64,000 nt of DNA from Psammoneis japonica (taxonomy: Eukaryota). The stretch spans positions 372,001-436,000 of the forward strand of contig QPGO01000026.1 of assembly GCA_008632985.1 (NCBI GenBank), written 5' to 3'. The translations under genes and the position numbers were made by a program. The notes under the pieces were generated by a model. It saw only the letters and a list, made by a program, of their open reading frames with translations. It searched no databases and was not told where the DNA came from. This document shows positions 1 to 12,759 of the stretch, one piece after another; position 1 is the first letter of the stretch, and each line of letters opens with the position of its first letter.

Positions 1-19
1 TCCAAAAAAAAGTGCATGA

Positions 20-627
20 GTGACAAACCTGGCTTTGACTGCTGCTGCATCTAAGCCAGTCCATCAAGTGGAAAGACAACCCTGCATTGCATTCGTGGCA
101 TGTCACAACTGGAGGGCTTTCACAAGCACCTCAAAGAGGCTCTGGTGGCACGCCATTTGTCCCCCTTGCCAGCAGTTTGCCTTCTGGCAAAATTTGTGCA
201 CCGATGGAATCATGATCAAGCAGCAGAAAGGGGGCTTGCACCTTCCCAGTGCACACAATTCTACAATCACAAAACAGCCCACAACATGCAAACTGCAAAC
301 TGTGAGCATGGAGCGCATCAGTGCCAAGGCAACCTTGCAAACAAGAGCGACTTTGGACATGCTAGAGGAGGTGCCTGTGCACACCAATTGAGGCCGGTGC
401 ATGGCAATGACCAAAATGAAAAGGATTCTGAATCACCTGTCACAACAGTGGAGAGCACCATGTCTGAAGCTTTGGAGTTCCTTGTGGAGCAAGACGGAAG
501 GGATGGCATCCCTGTCACTCAAGTCACCAGCCATGAAGTTGAATTGTTTCAGGAGGTGCTTCTAAGATTTGCAAAAGCATGCCAAAACAACAGAGGCAGC
601 ATGGTTTGCATGACTTTGCACACATGA
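20..627 (+). pseudogene. Degenerate Zisupton-like transposase C-terminal fragment
   Basis: RG(M)SQLEGFHKHL...LLAKFVHRWNHDQ resembles the RG.SSLESFHLHL...RWN.DR region of Zisupton-type transposases. TA/CG-depleted and frameshifted. Recognised from memory of the motif only. Confidence 0.45.
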
Positions 628-1664
628 ACACATGTTGGGATGATCTGGCAGGCACAAATGGCAAAAACCACTTGGCAAGCATTGTCAGATGTTCCAGAGG
701 ACAGCACCCATTCTCTTGGCACATTGCAAAAAGGTTGAAAGACAGAAAATCAAAGCTCGCACTGTGCAGCAAACCACCGCCACTTGTGACTGCACTGGTG
801 CAGTGAGAACACAATCATTGTGAACAGGGAGACAGAAAGAAACCAAGAAGACATGCAAGAAAGAGCTTGTGGACAATCCTTCCATGCCCTCTTTCAAACC
901 CACCAGATGGGTCTGAGCCATTTGGAGTTGCAGGAGAGTGCCAACCTGTGAATTTGCCACTGGCAAATGTGAGCAGACTGGCTCAAAATGCAGCCATGTT
1001 GGAATTGGCAGCTGACAGGTGACACTTCCAAATGCCTGATCCTCCACACTGCAAATGAGATTCACTCTGAACAAGCATTCATTGCTCTGAACAAAAAACA
1101 AACACAGCATTTTGCTTCATTTGCAAGTGCAGAAAAATTGGTCAGAGCATCGCTCTGTTCAAGCCAGAGTCAGAGTGACATGCTTTGTTTCAAGACAATC
1201 ACAGCAACATAAAAAGTGTTGCTCTGTTTGACTGAAATCAGAGGATGCCTCTGACCAAGTCCCTTTTTTCAGAGCCAATGCTCCAAGTGATTTCAGCCTC
1301 ATGGGACCTTGATGAAAATGCAATGTGCAAATTGTCATTGGCACACCAACACAACACACATGCACATGCACTCATCCACATCATGTGTGACATGGGCATT
1401 TGCATTGCAACATGCAGAAAGGCACCAAAATTGCAACGTTCAAGATTTGCAGAGCTGTGCCAAATGACGAGTGCATGAAAACACATTGTTTCTCCCCACA
1501 AACAAGTCAAGGGGAGCGCAAATGAGTGCTCCAAACACTTTTTTGTGTGAAATGTTCAAGTTTCCATCATCTGGGAGAGGGTTCAAGTTGGCAAGGTGAT
1601 TTTGGCAATTTGTGCAGAAAACACACCAAGTTCCACACAACACAAAATCTGGCCCAAATTTGCA

Positions 1665-1852
1665 CCTGCACCACCTTGAGAATGGCGCAGGGTGGGTGGA
1701 TGTTCAAAAACTTCGAGCGCGGACAGATGCAAATGTGCTACAAACTTGGTCATTCATTTGACATTGTGACAAATGCATCCATTGATCAAACTCTTGTGCT
1801 GCGGAGCTCCCACGCAGAACTGTGCGGGCCCAACATCACATGGAGTCCCACC
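1665..1852. mobile_element. Degenerate MITE relative (right end) of the GGTGGGAC-TIR family
   Basis: Aligns with the right halves of 13535-13897 and 34327-34682. Ends GTCCCACC followed by TG. Left end uncertain, possibly near 1300 (atgggacct). Confidence 0.65.
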
Positions 1853-2039
1853 TGTTGCTGGAGAGCATGTTCCCACCAAAGAGTTTGAATGAAAAACAAT
1901 GGCAAACTCTGGCATTTAACATGGAAATCTGCTGGAGTCAGAAGTAAAACACAGTGCAATGCTCTTTTGTGCTGCAGCAAAGGTGGCCATTTCCGGGTTC
2001 CTCTCGCGAAAATGATTGCGCTATGCTGTGCGCGAATTC

Positions 2040-2205
2040 CGTGACGTCGTCGGTACTGAAAGTACGCACATCTACATAGAAGACCCGGAAGTAGGGAGAG
2101 TGACGTATGCGTGCGTCCAAGATTTTGATTTGTGGCGCAGATTGACAGCGACGTGATCCGACCACGTAGTCATCATTGCCGCTATTTTCAGCGACATCAC
2201 GTGCG
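2040..2205 (+). promoter_or_regulatory. ACGT-core (bZIP-type) motif cluster upstream of ACP
   Basis: TGACGTC (~2042), TGACGTA (~2101), GACGTG (~2150), CACGTA (~2163) and CACGTG (~2198) lie within 250 bp of the ATG. Confidence 0.35.
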
Positions 2206-2282
2206 GTTCGGATCAAAATCTTTCTCATTGCAGTTCACACTTTTCTAGTTTCAGCACTTTTTGTAACACTCCAACCATCAAA

Positions 2283-2606
2283 ATGAAGTTCGTTCTTGCC
2301 CTCATCGCCTCCTTGGCCGCCTCCACCTCTGCCTTTGTGCCTGCCTCCCCGGCCTTTGTCCGCACCAACATGGCTGTCTTTAGCACCCTCGATAAGGTCA
2401 AGGAAATCGCTGCCAGCCAGCTCGGAAAGGAAGTCGGTGATATCTCCCCTGAATCTACCTTTGAAGAACTTGGTGCTGACTCCCTTGACCAGGTCGAGCT
2501 TGTCATGGCTGTGGAAGAGGAATTCGATGTTGAGATCGACGATACCGCTGCCGGTGAACTCAGCTGTGTCCAGGACGTCATTGACTACATCGAGAAGAGC
2601 TCTTAA
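2283..2606 (+). CDS. acpP: Plastid-targeted acyl carrier protein
   Basis: Signal peptide MKFVLALIASLAASTSA|FVP (ASAFAP-like). Phosphopantetheine site LGADSLDQVELVMAVEEEF. Acidic ACP sequence. Confidence 0.96.
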   Translation: MKFVLALIASLAASTSAFVPASPAFVRTNMAVFSTLDKVKEIAASQLGKEVGDISPESTFEELGADSLDQVELVMAVEEEFDVEIDDTAAGELSCVQDVIDYIEKSS

Positions 2607-3751
2607 ATTCAATGGGCGGACCGAGATCCTCGTCGATTTAGTCCTTGCTAAAATCTTCAAGTACGCGTATGACGAGAAGACTGGGGGATTGGTTGGACGA
2701 TGCTACCATCACTCATTAAAATCCACTACTAGAGCGCACTCTCACATTTGAAAATGAACAGACTTGCGTTTTTGTTACTCTAGTAGGCAGATTCGAGTGT
2801 TTGCTGTGCTTGTCTGAAATTTGTTGTTGTTTTGTGTTAGTCGTGTGCTCTGGACGGTCCACACACTTGATCATGTGAGTTAACTCGCTGTCCGTGTTAG
2901 CCAAGAGGATTTGATACCCTTCTAGTACGCTCGTATCGAGCTTCTTTCGACGTTTGATTATTTCTGCAACACAACGCCACTGTTGTATATCTGCGTGAGT
3001 CTTGAGCTTTCACCGAGCGTCAGAGAATTTTGTTTCTGATCCGCGCCTTTACTCGTCTCGAACTCCCGGAAATGTCCACCGTTTGGACAACAACACCACT
3101 GTTGTTCGCGTGAGTCTCGAGTTCGGACGGCCTGCAATGCATAGTTTGTCATTGAGTTGCTCGCAGTTATTGTATCCCGAGAAGTAGCTTCCCTTCCATG
3201 CCGACACTGGTAGTCTCGAGCTACAAAACCTGCAACCACCACGACGTATGATTTTTGAATCTCATCCGGCGGAGGAAATAATGCATCACGACTAGTGAAG
3301 TAGTAAGAAAACCTACACACGCCTATTTTTCTTAATCTTTATGCCATTGTGAAGGTTCAGTTCATACACAGTAAAGGAAAGCAGAGAGTAACAGCAGTTA
3401 GCTCAGCACTAGAGAGAGTCAAAAACTTACTAGACAAAGAATAGTACTCTGTGGAGCATAGCTGCTGGTCGTCCAGTATCGAACGAAGAGAATGAAGATA
3501 ACCTCCGAATGTACAGTAGATCAGTGAGCTAGCTAATATTGTTTCTAATATCGACAATTCCTAACGTCAGTGATCTTGTGCAAGCTCATTCAGCCGTCTA
3601 GAGCAAAGCTCCCCATTGTTCCATCATAACCAAGTAACAGCTCAGTAGAAATCGGAGACAATGCTTTCCTCTCGAGCATGCCAAAGTTCCCACCATAAAA
3701 CCCAGTCAGCAACAAGATATTCATCAAACATGCTGTAGTATTTGCTACTAG

Positions 3752-5647
3752 CTAGCAAGCAGCTTCATGCTTTTTGGCATCCTCCACAAGACTCTCATGC
3801 CACACATCAAACGACCACAGCTTGGCATGTTGCTCCGTCATGGCCATGATTTGCAAGGGTTGTCCGTCAAGCGCTTCACAAAGCGGAACAGAACCAAAGA
3901 TGCTACCCAGTTCCACTGAAAACTCGGTAAAGGACAGCATGTGCTGCAAGAATTCAAACGTGTACACGGACCGTGAATTGGTTGCAATGGGTTGCTTGTC
4001 CACCACCATTTTGTCGACTTGACGTTTCCGGTATCGAGCACGCTGTAGCGAATGGGATGCGTCACTGGCAACGCCCAAGAGCGTTTTGGATACGTCGACT
4101 GGCTCCTCTTGAACGCCCTCTATAGATTCGGGCGCTCGATAATACTCGTCATGATTATTCTCATTGGCAGGATCACAAGATTCCACTCGCAAAACTTGCG
4201 GTGTGCTACCCAAGGGAGTGACAGAGCTAGGATGCGGTCCCGTCATTTGCACTTGGAGTTGCGGAGCAAAGAACATCACAACCTTGAGACCACCCTTGAC
4301 AATCCACTTGGGAGGCAGCTTCCCCAATGGCCTGTCCATGACCAATCCAGCAGAGCACGTGGACATGTCAATGTCATCTTTGAGAAATTTTCCAGACATG
4401 ACGACTTGATAGCGACGATTCATGCCATCAAAATAGCCAACGGCTCGTTCGGTTGACTTGTGGGACGTGCCGTGCGTGTCTCGAATACGAATCAGCATGG
4501 TCCCGCAAAACACCTGCGACACAAAGTCAATCACCAATGATTCTCCCTCTGGCTCCTTGCCATTGTTAATAGGCAGCACCATGCACTCTTCACACATTAT
4601 GCTGGAAAAATCACACGCTTTACTCTTTGGTGAAGAAGTTGTATTCCAATGTTCCTGCAATGCCTGTGGCCACGGGGTCTCGGGATTGTCGTCGGGGGAC
4701 CAGAGGTATTGCGTTGAATTTGCAAATCGAATTCCTCGGACACGAGTACCACTGTTGGGCGTTGGACGAAGCAAAAGCGGTGCTTGGGGCCAATCGCACG
4801 GTTCCAAAATTGGTGTCTTTTGAGACTTGCAGCAGCAACCAGTAGTAGTAGTAGTAGTTGATATGGTAGTAGGAGAAGAAGGTTCGTCGACAACAACTGC
4901 TGGCCAAGATGGCTGTGGCTCGTCGGGCTTTATCAGTCGCAGCGACGTATCCGATTCTTCTGTATCGTTATGAGAAATGTTCGGATCAAAAGTACCAACA
5001 TGAACTAGCGTACTAGAGCTCTGCCGCTGCAAGACTGCACGAGCATGCGCCTCATTGTGCTCATTATCCACGTCCCCAAACTCCAGTCCCGCCTTTAATT
5101 GATTTGCAAAGATACACTCGATCGATTCTTCCACAGTTGGGTCTTCGGGTAAGAGGTTCTGACGAGCCAACAATTTTAATTCGGTTGCTGGTATTTCAAT
5201 GGAATCGTCTTCTTGTACTTCCGAATAAGGTGTGCTACTACCACAGAAAAATGTTCTCCAAAACGTGGAGGATGATTCCGAGTCGAGAGGAGCCGTTGTA
5301 TCGGTACTTTTGCTGACAAGCGTCCTGGGAGTTTCTTCTTTGTTGGGCTCTGAATACGAATTATGGACCTTGCTTATGGTTGTTATAGATGATAAGATTT
5401 CCGTCTTGATGCTGCTACTCATAATGGTTTCATCGCGTTCGTCTTCGTTTTCATGAGCACTAGTTTGCTTGTTTCTGGATCGTTTGTGAGGCGAAGCAGA
5501 TCGAATACCGCTTCCTAAGCGACGAAAGAGGGGAGTCGTTTTCTTTTTAGGCTTTTTTTTTGTTGGCTTTCTTGTTGCTTGCTCGAGGCTTACGCTATTC
5601 ATGGCTCCGTTCTGAACCGAAGACGAAGAGGAGGAGGACGGCGGCAT
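3752..5647 (-). CDS. DUF1769-domain protein with low-complexity N-terminus
   Basis: 631-aa ORF. C-terminal motifs YFDGMNRRYQVVMSGKF, VYTFEFLQHML and LDGQPLQIMA...LWSFDVWHESL are typical of DUF1769. Confidence 0.8.
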   Translation of the reverse strand: MPPSSSSSSSVQNGAMNSVSLEQATRKPTKKKPKKKTTPLFRRLGSGIRSASPHKRSRNKQTSAHENEDERDETIMSSSIKTEILSSITTISKVHNSYSEPNKEETPRTLVSKSTDTTAPLDSESSSTFWRTFFCGSSTPYSEVQEDDSIEIPATELKLLARQNLLPEDPTVEESIECIFANQLKAGLEFGDVDNEHNEAHARAVLQRQSSSTLVHVGTFDPNISHNDTEESDTSLRLIKPDEPQPSWPAVVVDEPSSPTTISTTTTTTGCCCKSQKTPILEPCDWPQAPLLLRPTPNSGTRVRGIRFANSTQYLWSPDDNPETPWPQALQEHWNTTSSPKSKACDFSSIMCEECMVLPINNGKEPEGESLVIDFVSQVFCGTMLIRIRDTHGTSHKSTERAVGYFDGMNRRYQVVMSGKFLKDDIDMSTCSAGLVMDRPLGKLPPKWIVKGGLKVVMFFAPQLQVQMTGPHPSSVTPLGSTPQVLRVESCDPANENNHDEYYRAPESIEGVQEEPVDVSKTLLGVASDASHSLQRARYRKRQVDKMVVDKQPIATNSRSVYTFEFLQHMLSFTEFSVELGSIFGSVPLCEALDGQPLQIMAMTEQHAKLWSFDVWHESLVEDAKKHEAAC

Positions 5648-5877
5648 TGCTGTGATCGCTCTATCTGCGTGTCATGAGCAAACGATGTGCCATGTGTGCG
5701 ATCACCCCTTCGTCTCGCTCTTCGTTCGCTGTCCGTTTCTTTTGGTCTCACATTCATTTCAACGGAAAAAATCGGAACTCCGCTGGTTCTTCAAACTCGA
5801 CCTATTAAAATCTAATTATAAATTTTTGAACGATACAGTGAATTATACATTTATATGCTATGAATATTAACTTTTCT

Positions 5878-6199
5878 TTCCCGGCATTTTTTGCTCACAT
5901 TTTGGTCTCTTTGCGAGATTGGCGATGTCGGATTGCCTTTGGCCCAATGGAAGGCTTGTTGAATTATCCAAATGGTAGAGACTGTAGCTGAAAAGCTGCT
6001 CTATGTTGTCTTGACCATGCAAAGACAGACCTTGTCCATTCCCAGCATTTTTCCGTTCACATTTTGCTCTCTTTGCGAGACAACTGATGGCGATGGCGGA
6101 TTGCCTCCGGCCCGATGGAAGGCTTGTTTTAAATTGTCCAAATGGCAGAGACTCTCTGTAGATGAAAAGCTGCTCTGTACAGTCTTGACCATGCAAAGA
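5878..6199. repeat. Diverged tandem duplication, about 160-bp unit x2
   Basis: cattttt...ctctttgcgaga...ggaaggcttgtt...aaaagctgctct...gtcttgaccatgcaaaga occurs twice (ending ~6025 and ~6199). Confidence 0.85.
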
Positions 6200-6886
6200 T
6201 GAACCTCATCGAAGAAGAGAGAGAGAGAGAGAGCTCAGAGTGCTCGACAAATCGCTGCGCAAGAGAGAAGCGGCACCTCTCCAGCACCATCATGCCAAGG
6301 GCTTGCAGCCAGGAGTCAATGTGAAGATTTGGACTTTTGCTCTTCCTATGGTTTAGACAACTGATCAAGTTGCACTGCAGCTCCTCCCTCCAGCAAATGG
6401 GAAGGCATTTCATCAACCAAAATTTGTGCACTGTTGTGCGACAGAGCTGCTCGGGGCTGTGCATTTTTCTGGAAACACCACAAAAGCACGAGACTTGGTT
6501 TTCCCCACCAGAGGCCCTGGCCTGTGATGGTTTATGTCTGGATGCTGGGTGCACTTGTGTGTGTGTTTTTGCATGCTACACTCTTGTTGCAGCTGCAAAA
6601 CAGAATTGTGCTTCCTGGTGCTTTGTTGCTCTGACCACCAGCCACCCCCATCGCATCTCATCATTGCATTTCAAGCATGCCCTGAGAATCTTTAGCACCA
6701 CAAAAAAAGAAGCACAAGAGGAAGAACAATGCTGAAACACTGGCAGCTGCAAAAAAAAAAAAACATCCAGACAGCAGAGGTTTGGCACACCTCAGCATCA
6801 GCTCATTGCTCTGCTGCACAAGGCCTGTTGGGAACAGGGGTCAGTGGCACGCGCGTCTTTTGCCAGTTTGTGCAGTCACAGGTTTG

Positions 6887-9800
6887 CTGCAAAATCAGCA
6901 ACAATTGCCAAATTTCTTGTTTGTCAAAGCTTTGTCAGAGCTGTCCAACCTTCAACAAGAGCTGTCCAATGCTTGTGAGAGCTGTCGGGGAAATTGTGCA
7001 CAATTCTGCATGTCTCCAGTGCAAACTCATGTGATGCGCCAGACACAGACAGCCGACAGCAGCAGACCCAAGACTCCAGACTTCAGCACCATGAGCAAGT
7101 GCTCATCCTGTTACACTGGCCAACTGGCCAAGACCCAGAGTGCAGCAACTGCCAGGGCTTCTCTGTTCCTGCTGCAGCTCAACTTCCATTCAGTCTTGGG
7201 GGAAGAAAGGCTGGTGACAAGCTTGCAACAGAGTCTCAGCTTGCATCAAAACAGTGCAACCGTGGTGGTGCAAGCAAGCTTCAGAAGTGTCGCTTTCTGA
7301 CTTGGTCTCAGACTCGGGCTGCAATGAAGAGTCGTTGCATGACTCCCTCTTGGAATGAGCTGATGTGATGCCAGCTTGTTCCACTGCAAAAGCTGCAACA
7401 AAGAGTGCCGCCCAACTTGATGCTGCTGCACCTGACCTGCTCTCACCAGCCCTTGGCTCTGTTGCGAATGCCACTTGATCAACCGCTCCAACACAAGGCA
7501 AGGCAATTGTGTCAGATGATGAGGACGCACCAGAAGAAACTGCCAAAACGAAACTGCGAAACAAAACCATCAATGTGATGGGTGGAAGGAAGCTTCCTCA
7601 AGCTCACCCTGCTGTGCACAAGCAACAGGTGCTCAAAAGCATGTTGCAGATGGACAAGAAGCAGCTTGTCAGCAATCAATTGCAGATTGATGCCATTGCT
7701 CCGGCATGGGTTGCCTGTGAAAGTTGTGCAAATAAATGTGAACATTGGAAAGTGAAGGTCATTGCACCGCTGCTGCATGATGTGTTGGAAAGGTGCTGTT
7801 TGAGGAGCACAAGGAGGGAAACTCAGGAGTGCGAAGGTGCCGGGCCATGAGGGACTTAGTGGAAATGCACAAGGCACACCTTGAAGAGGCCAGGTCCAAA
7901 ATGGCTCAAGAAAGTGCAGCTGAAGAGTCCAGGGCAGCACAGAGGGAAAACAGGGCGGCATCTGGCTTGGGCATGGTCACAAACCATCCGCAAGGATTCA
8001 GATGCCAAGAACAAATGGCACGCATGGTGTTGTTGACACATGCCTCAGTTTGCTGGGTGCTCTCATGCTCTTTTGCTTTGCATTCATCCATGGGTTGATT
8101 CACAGTGCTGCCCAAGCTGGCACATGCGAACATGGCAGCAAATCATGATCACCAAAAATGGCTCGCTGAATGGCAGAGAACACCAAAGCCTCTCTGCCCA
8201 CATCTGTTGTAGCTGCAGCTCTGTCTGTTGCAGCTGCTCCCCCCACCATGGCTGCTCCCTCTGTTGCCACCAGTGTTGCTCCCGCCGCTCCTTCTCAAAC
8301 CATGGCAAAATGCATGTGCAAGCAAATGAAAGCTGGCCGGAAGCACACGTCACCCGCCATGAAGGCAGCTGACTCAGAGATTCTCCAGGACATGAATGTT
8401 TCCTCTCCAAAAGCAGTCAAAATGATCATTGAAGATGGAGATGAAAATGAAGAAGAGTCTCAAGATGTTCTTGATTGTGCTCATCAAACAAAGAAGGTAG
8501 AAATGGCAAAGAGAGACTCAAACTGAGCTGTGCTTTTTGCTTGTGTGACAAACAATGTGGGGCAGGGAAAATCGTCAATGCACGCGGTGGCATTGTGGAA
8601 CTCTGTGGCTCTCTTGTCTGGGATGTGAGCTGGAGCAGAGGTTGTTTCTCTGCAGTGCGGCAGTCATGGGACTTTCAACATCAATTGGGGAATGGAGTTT
8701 TTGCATGCTGCGCCCAACAGTTGAAATGAGTCTACGCTCCAGCTGGGGGGTTGACACCTTTTTGATTGCTGCATCAGTCTGCAGCAGTCAAAGCCATTTG
8801 GAGAATGATTTCATTCTAAACATGTGCAGTGCCATTCTAGATCTGTTGGCATCCACACTTCTCAAAGAGAGCATGGAAGCCATGCAGACTTGGAACAGCA
8901 GTGTGAACATTTTGAATCAAATCCTGCTCATTTGTGGATGACGGACCAGCACAAGCAGATCTTGCAGGCCAGCGTGTCAAAGGCCCACTCAATGGGCCCA
9001 TCATGATGCCTGTGTGTGGGGCCCTGGGTGGGAAGAACTCCGTGGCCTGCATGGTGGGCTTGGCAGACAATCTCTTCCTCCTTGTGTGCTGTTAGATTGT
9101 CATGCATGACAGTTTGTTGTGGCTCATTGGGGCAGAAGTTCCCAACAACATCAAACTCAAGAAAGTCTCCACAGATTTTAGCTGCAGCTCCAATGTCACT
9201 TGACACTCTGTGCCATCTCCTTGATGCTGAACAGAACCTTGGACATGCAGCGGCAGGTTTGGGTTGCCCAGCTCAACAGCCATGATGACCAACATCTTTC
9301 CAGATCCTCTGCCACAGTTTCCAACTCTTCTCCTTTCCAAGCCTTGGACTGCGTGTCCACAGTGTGGATTTGCACTGTCAATCAAAAGTGACATTTCATC
9401 AGCATCAATCAATGGATTCATTGGGGCATCAGCAACCCCTCCTTGATGCAGAAGGTGCCAAAAGCAGCAGTGCTTCAAAATGTTGGCTTTGGTGAATGCC
9501 TGGTTTGCAACAGTGGAACATCTTTTCCTCGTGTGCGCAAGATCTTTCAAAGCCACACTGGTGTCACTCTCTGAAAACACACAGCCATCATCAGAATTCA
9601 ATGTGAGGTGAACAATGCACATGTTCACTGACGCTTCTGGGCAGGCGAGTTTGAAAAGTGCCAAAATGATGAGTCGGGTGGTGACTGTTCAGTTTTCTTG
9701 TGCCTGTGTTGCCAGTCATTCAGAGTGGCACAATCTGCTCCTCATTCCATCACCTGATGCTTTGAATCACACTTGCTGGGATGGGCAAGTCATTGTTGCA

Positions 9801-10207
9801 GTGTTCCACCAGCAACTGCCGCTCACTCAGCGGATGTCATCGAGATCCACCACGGCTCGGATGAGTGCATTGGTTCGTGTGCCCCTGGGAACCTGCTCCA
9901 TGTGTTGGACTCCATGTTGATGCCTCCATTCTGCAATGGCATCTTCAAAAAAGTTCACAGTGCAGTGGGTTCAGCAGCATGAGCAGTGGGACGCATCTGC
10001 GATCACCACTGTAACTGATTTGTGATGTTTTTTGACGCTTGACACGGTGGAATGGTGCGCTGCAGCTTCAGCGAGTTTGCACTGGAGACACGTAGAATTG
10101 CACACAATTTCCCCAACAGACAAGCGCAAGACAGCTCTTGTCAAAGGTCAAATGGCTCCAAACAAAGCTTTGACAAAGAAATTGGGCAATTGTTGTTAAT
10201 TTCGTAG
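6887..10207 (-). mobile_element. Degenerate IS630/Tc1-mariner-like DNA transposon with ~140-bp TIRs
   Basis: 6887-~7030 is an inverted copy of ~10075-10207 (ctgcaaaatcagcaacaattgcc vs ctacgaaattaacaacaattgcc). Both ends are flanked by TG, consistent with a converted TA TSD. DDE remnants lie inside. Confidence 0.8.
8830..9920 (-). pseudogene. IS630/Tc1-like DDE transposase relic
   Basis: VMHDNLTAHK...AGHGVL..QGPTHRHHDGPIEWAF matches the DNxxxHK...PPYSPDxNPIExAF second-D/E region. Frameshifted. Confidence 0.65.
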
Positions 10208-10330
10208 TGCCGGCAGGCCGGGGTTAGAGCGCCCCAGCGCCGTGCACGCCGCGACAACAGAAAAGGGAGTTTTCACATCATCAAAATCACACTGTCTCCA
10301 CGAAGCCTCGCACTCCTGCCCCCCTGATCA

Positions 10331-12007
10331 GCGGCGTGCCGCAACATCCATGATGGAGGTTGACGATGATGCCGTGTTGCCAGCAGCACCTGCTGCAGAT
10401 CTGTCAACGTTTGAACTCCATTGGGAAGCGGCCTTGGGAGGTCCAGAATCGGACGAAATGGCGGATTTCCGAACAAGCGGGCTGTTGTTGGCTCTGTTTG
10501 GAAAAAAAATCAGTCATCAGTGCAAAAGGCTCAAGGATGCAGAACTCACCAATTTTTCTGTGCCACAGGGAATGGGCTTTCTGGATGTCTGCACTGACGT
10601 AGAGTCAAAGTTCCTTTCGCTGGAAAAGAATGGCAAATGCATGCTCATTTGACCATGCCACAAATCGCTTTGCCAAGCAGTTGTGGAGAAGTGGTCAACG
10701 GCGGGCCAAGATTGTCCTCATGTCCGGCAATGCTGGGACTGGCAAGAGCTGGTTTCAGCCGCATGTTTTGCGACGGCTTGTGGAGGGCTTTGGAAACAAA
10801 CACGGATGTCTCTTTGTGATTCGACAAATTCGAAAAGAGTTCTTTCTGATTGATTTGTTGACTGCTGATGTGCAGGAATTCACAGTGGAGGAAAGAAATG
10901 TGGTCACTTGCTTGGACCCAGCTGTTCAAACATGAACGTGTGCTCTATTTTTTCGAACCTTTGGATGACAGGGCGATCCTCCCTCTGCCCCTGCAGCTGT
11001 CATCTTTGACTGCACTGTCGCCGTTTGAGGAGAGGACCCACGAGCACTCAAAGATTCGACTGTCAAAGTTCATTTTCCCTTGCTGGACCCTTGGCCATCT
11101 TTCCAGTGTGGCCGAGAACAATCCAGGTGCATCCCTGGCGGTGGAAGAGGTCGCAAAACGATTCAGTCACTTTGGTGTGGATCATCCGTCATGTGCTGGC
11201 ACCTGATGCCAAAGAGCATGAAGAAAAACAGACAGAAAGAATCAAGGATGCTGACCTCACTGTCCTTCATGCCCAAACTGCAGGCATTGACTCTGATCCA
11301 AAGGCGCCAGGGAAGAATGTCAGCGGACACCTCCTTTCCCACTGCAACATTGCAACGGAAGGTCCTGCGCGATTCAAGCATGCTGGGATGGATTTCACAA
11401 GTGAGGGGTGAAATCCGTGAATGAATGAAAGACTGCTCCATCCAGGACTGCGTTCAAGCTGTGGCAGAACATTTGAATGGCAAACAAGCAGACCGTGGTG
11501 GTTTGCACTTGCAGGAGGCAGTCAGCTTCTCACTGGCCAAAGGAAGCGGTGTCTCATGGTGATTTAAGGGTGTCGCTGATGTTGATGCCAATGGTGGAGG
11601 TGCCAAGTGGTGTTCATTTAAAACTCGTGCAAGAGAAGTGGTCAGTGACTGCAACATTTCTGAGAATTTTACGGCTGTTGACAAGGTCCTGGTGTCGACA
11701 AATCCAAACTTCCCACTCGCCGACACAGTTTTTTCGTGTCCCACCCCCGGTCACCGTGCTGCAGTTGTTTAAAGTGACCTGGCATTCATCTCACCCATTC
11801 ACCATGAGAGCACTCTACATGCCACGTGTGGTTTCCTTGAATGTTCCAGACATGGTGCGAATGCAGGTTTTCTTTGTTTCACCAGGACAAGAAGATGTTC
11901 ATGCCGCCAAACCCAAACAGACGTTTCTCGAGGGAAACGTTGACAATGATCTCCAACATGCCAAAAACACCAGGATCAGTTCTTCCCAGTTGAAAGAAAT
12001 GTGGTGA
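10331..12007 (+). pseudogene. Crinkler (CRN)-like P-loop NTPase/REase relic
   Basis: Successive frames give VLMSGNAGTGKSWF..VLRRL, YFFEP, FIFPCWTLGHL, RFSHFG.IIRHVL and LQLFKVT..SSHP, the motif order of CRN CR-NTPase plus REase proteins. Several frameshifts. Confidence 0.6.
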
Positions 12008-12759
12008 AATGCCCAAATCTGTGTGCTCAAGCCTGCAGAGTCTTGGATTGACACTCTTCACCCATGCCGTTAGAAGGCCACCAAAGTGGCTGGCAGTCCA
12101 GCCTGCAAAGATCAAAGCGACTTGCTTGGCTTGTTGATGCAAACATTTTGTTTCATGTTTGGCAAGAGCCTTCTTCACTTGCTCCACCTGCTTTGCCATC
12201 AACCACCCCATCCACGGTGTCCAGTGCACCGCCAAGCAACGTGCTTCAGCAGACAAATGAGGTTCACATTGTGACATCTCTCCTCTCCTCTTGCAGCAGT
12301 GGTGCCAATCAACAATTGCCACCTCAAGCAAGCACAGCACGTGTTGTGTCAAACAGGGTGTTGTTGCATTGACTGGCATGGTGCTTTTGTGGTTGTCTTG
12401 ACATTTTTCATGTTTTCACCTGTCTCGTCATCTTTGTGTCTGGGTGTCATTTTTTGCATGCCCCAAACCGCTCAGGGTTTCTGGGCAAGAGCCATGCACA
12501 CACAATGTGGTTTCATGCACTGAGTTGCCAGAGGTGAGCTCACAGCAGGTGTGAGAACCATGCACTGCACCCAGAGCACAGCAGGGGCAAAAAACAAAAA
12601 AAAAAGAGCTGCAACAAAGATTTTGAGATTGAGAAGAGGAGAACATGGTGCACTCACAGCTGATGATTTGGTTTCATCATGTGGGCAAGATTGCACAAAA
12701 AACTTTCTTTTCTGAGCTCACAATCTCACCAAGCAGCATGGCAATCTCTGGACTGCAGT

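Noticed and set aside
2235..2751. ORFs overlapping ACP, and antisense ORFs over other host genes
   Set aside because: Shadow frames of genuine CDSs.
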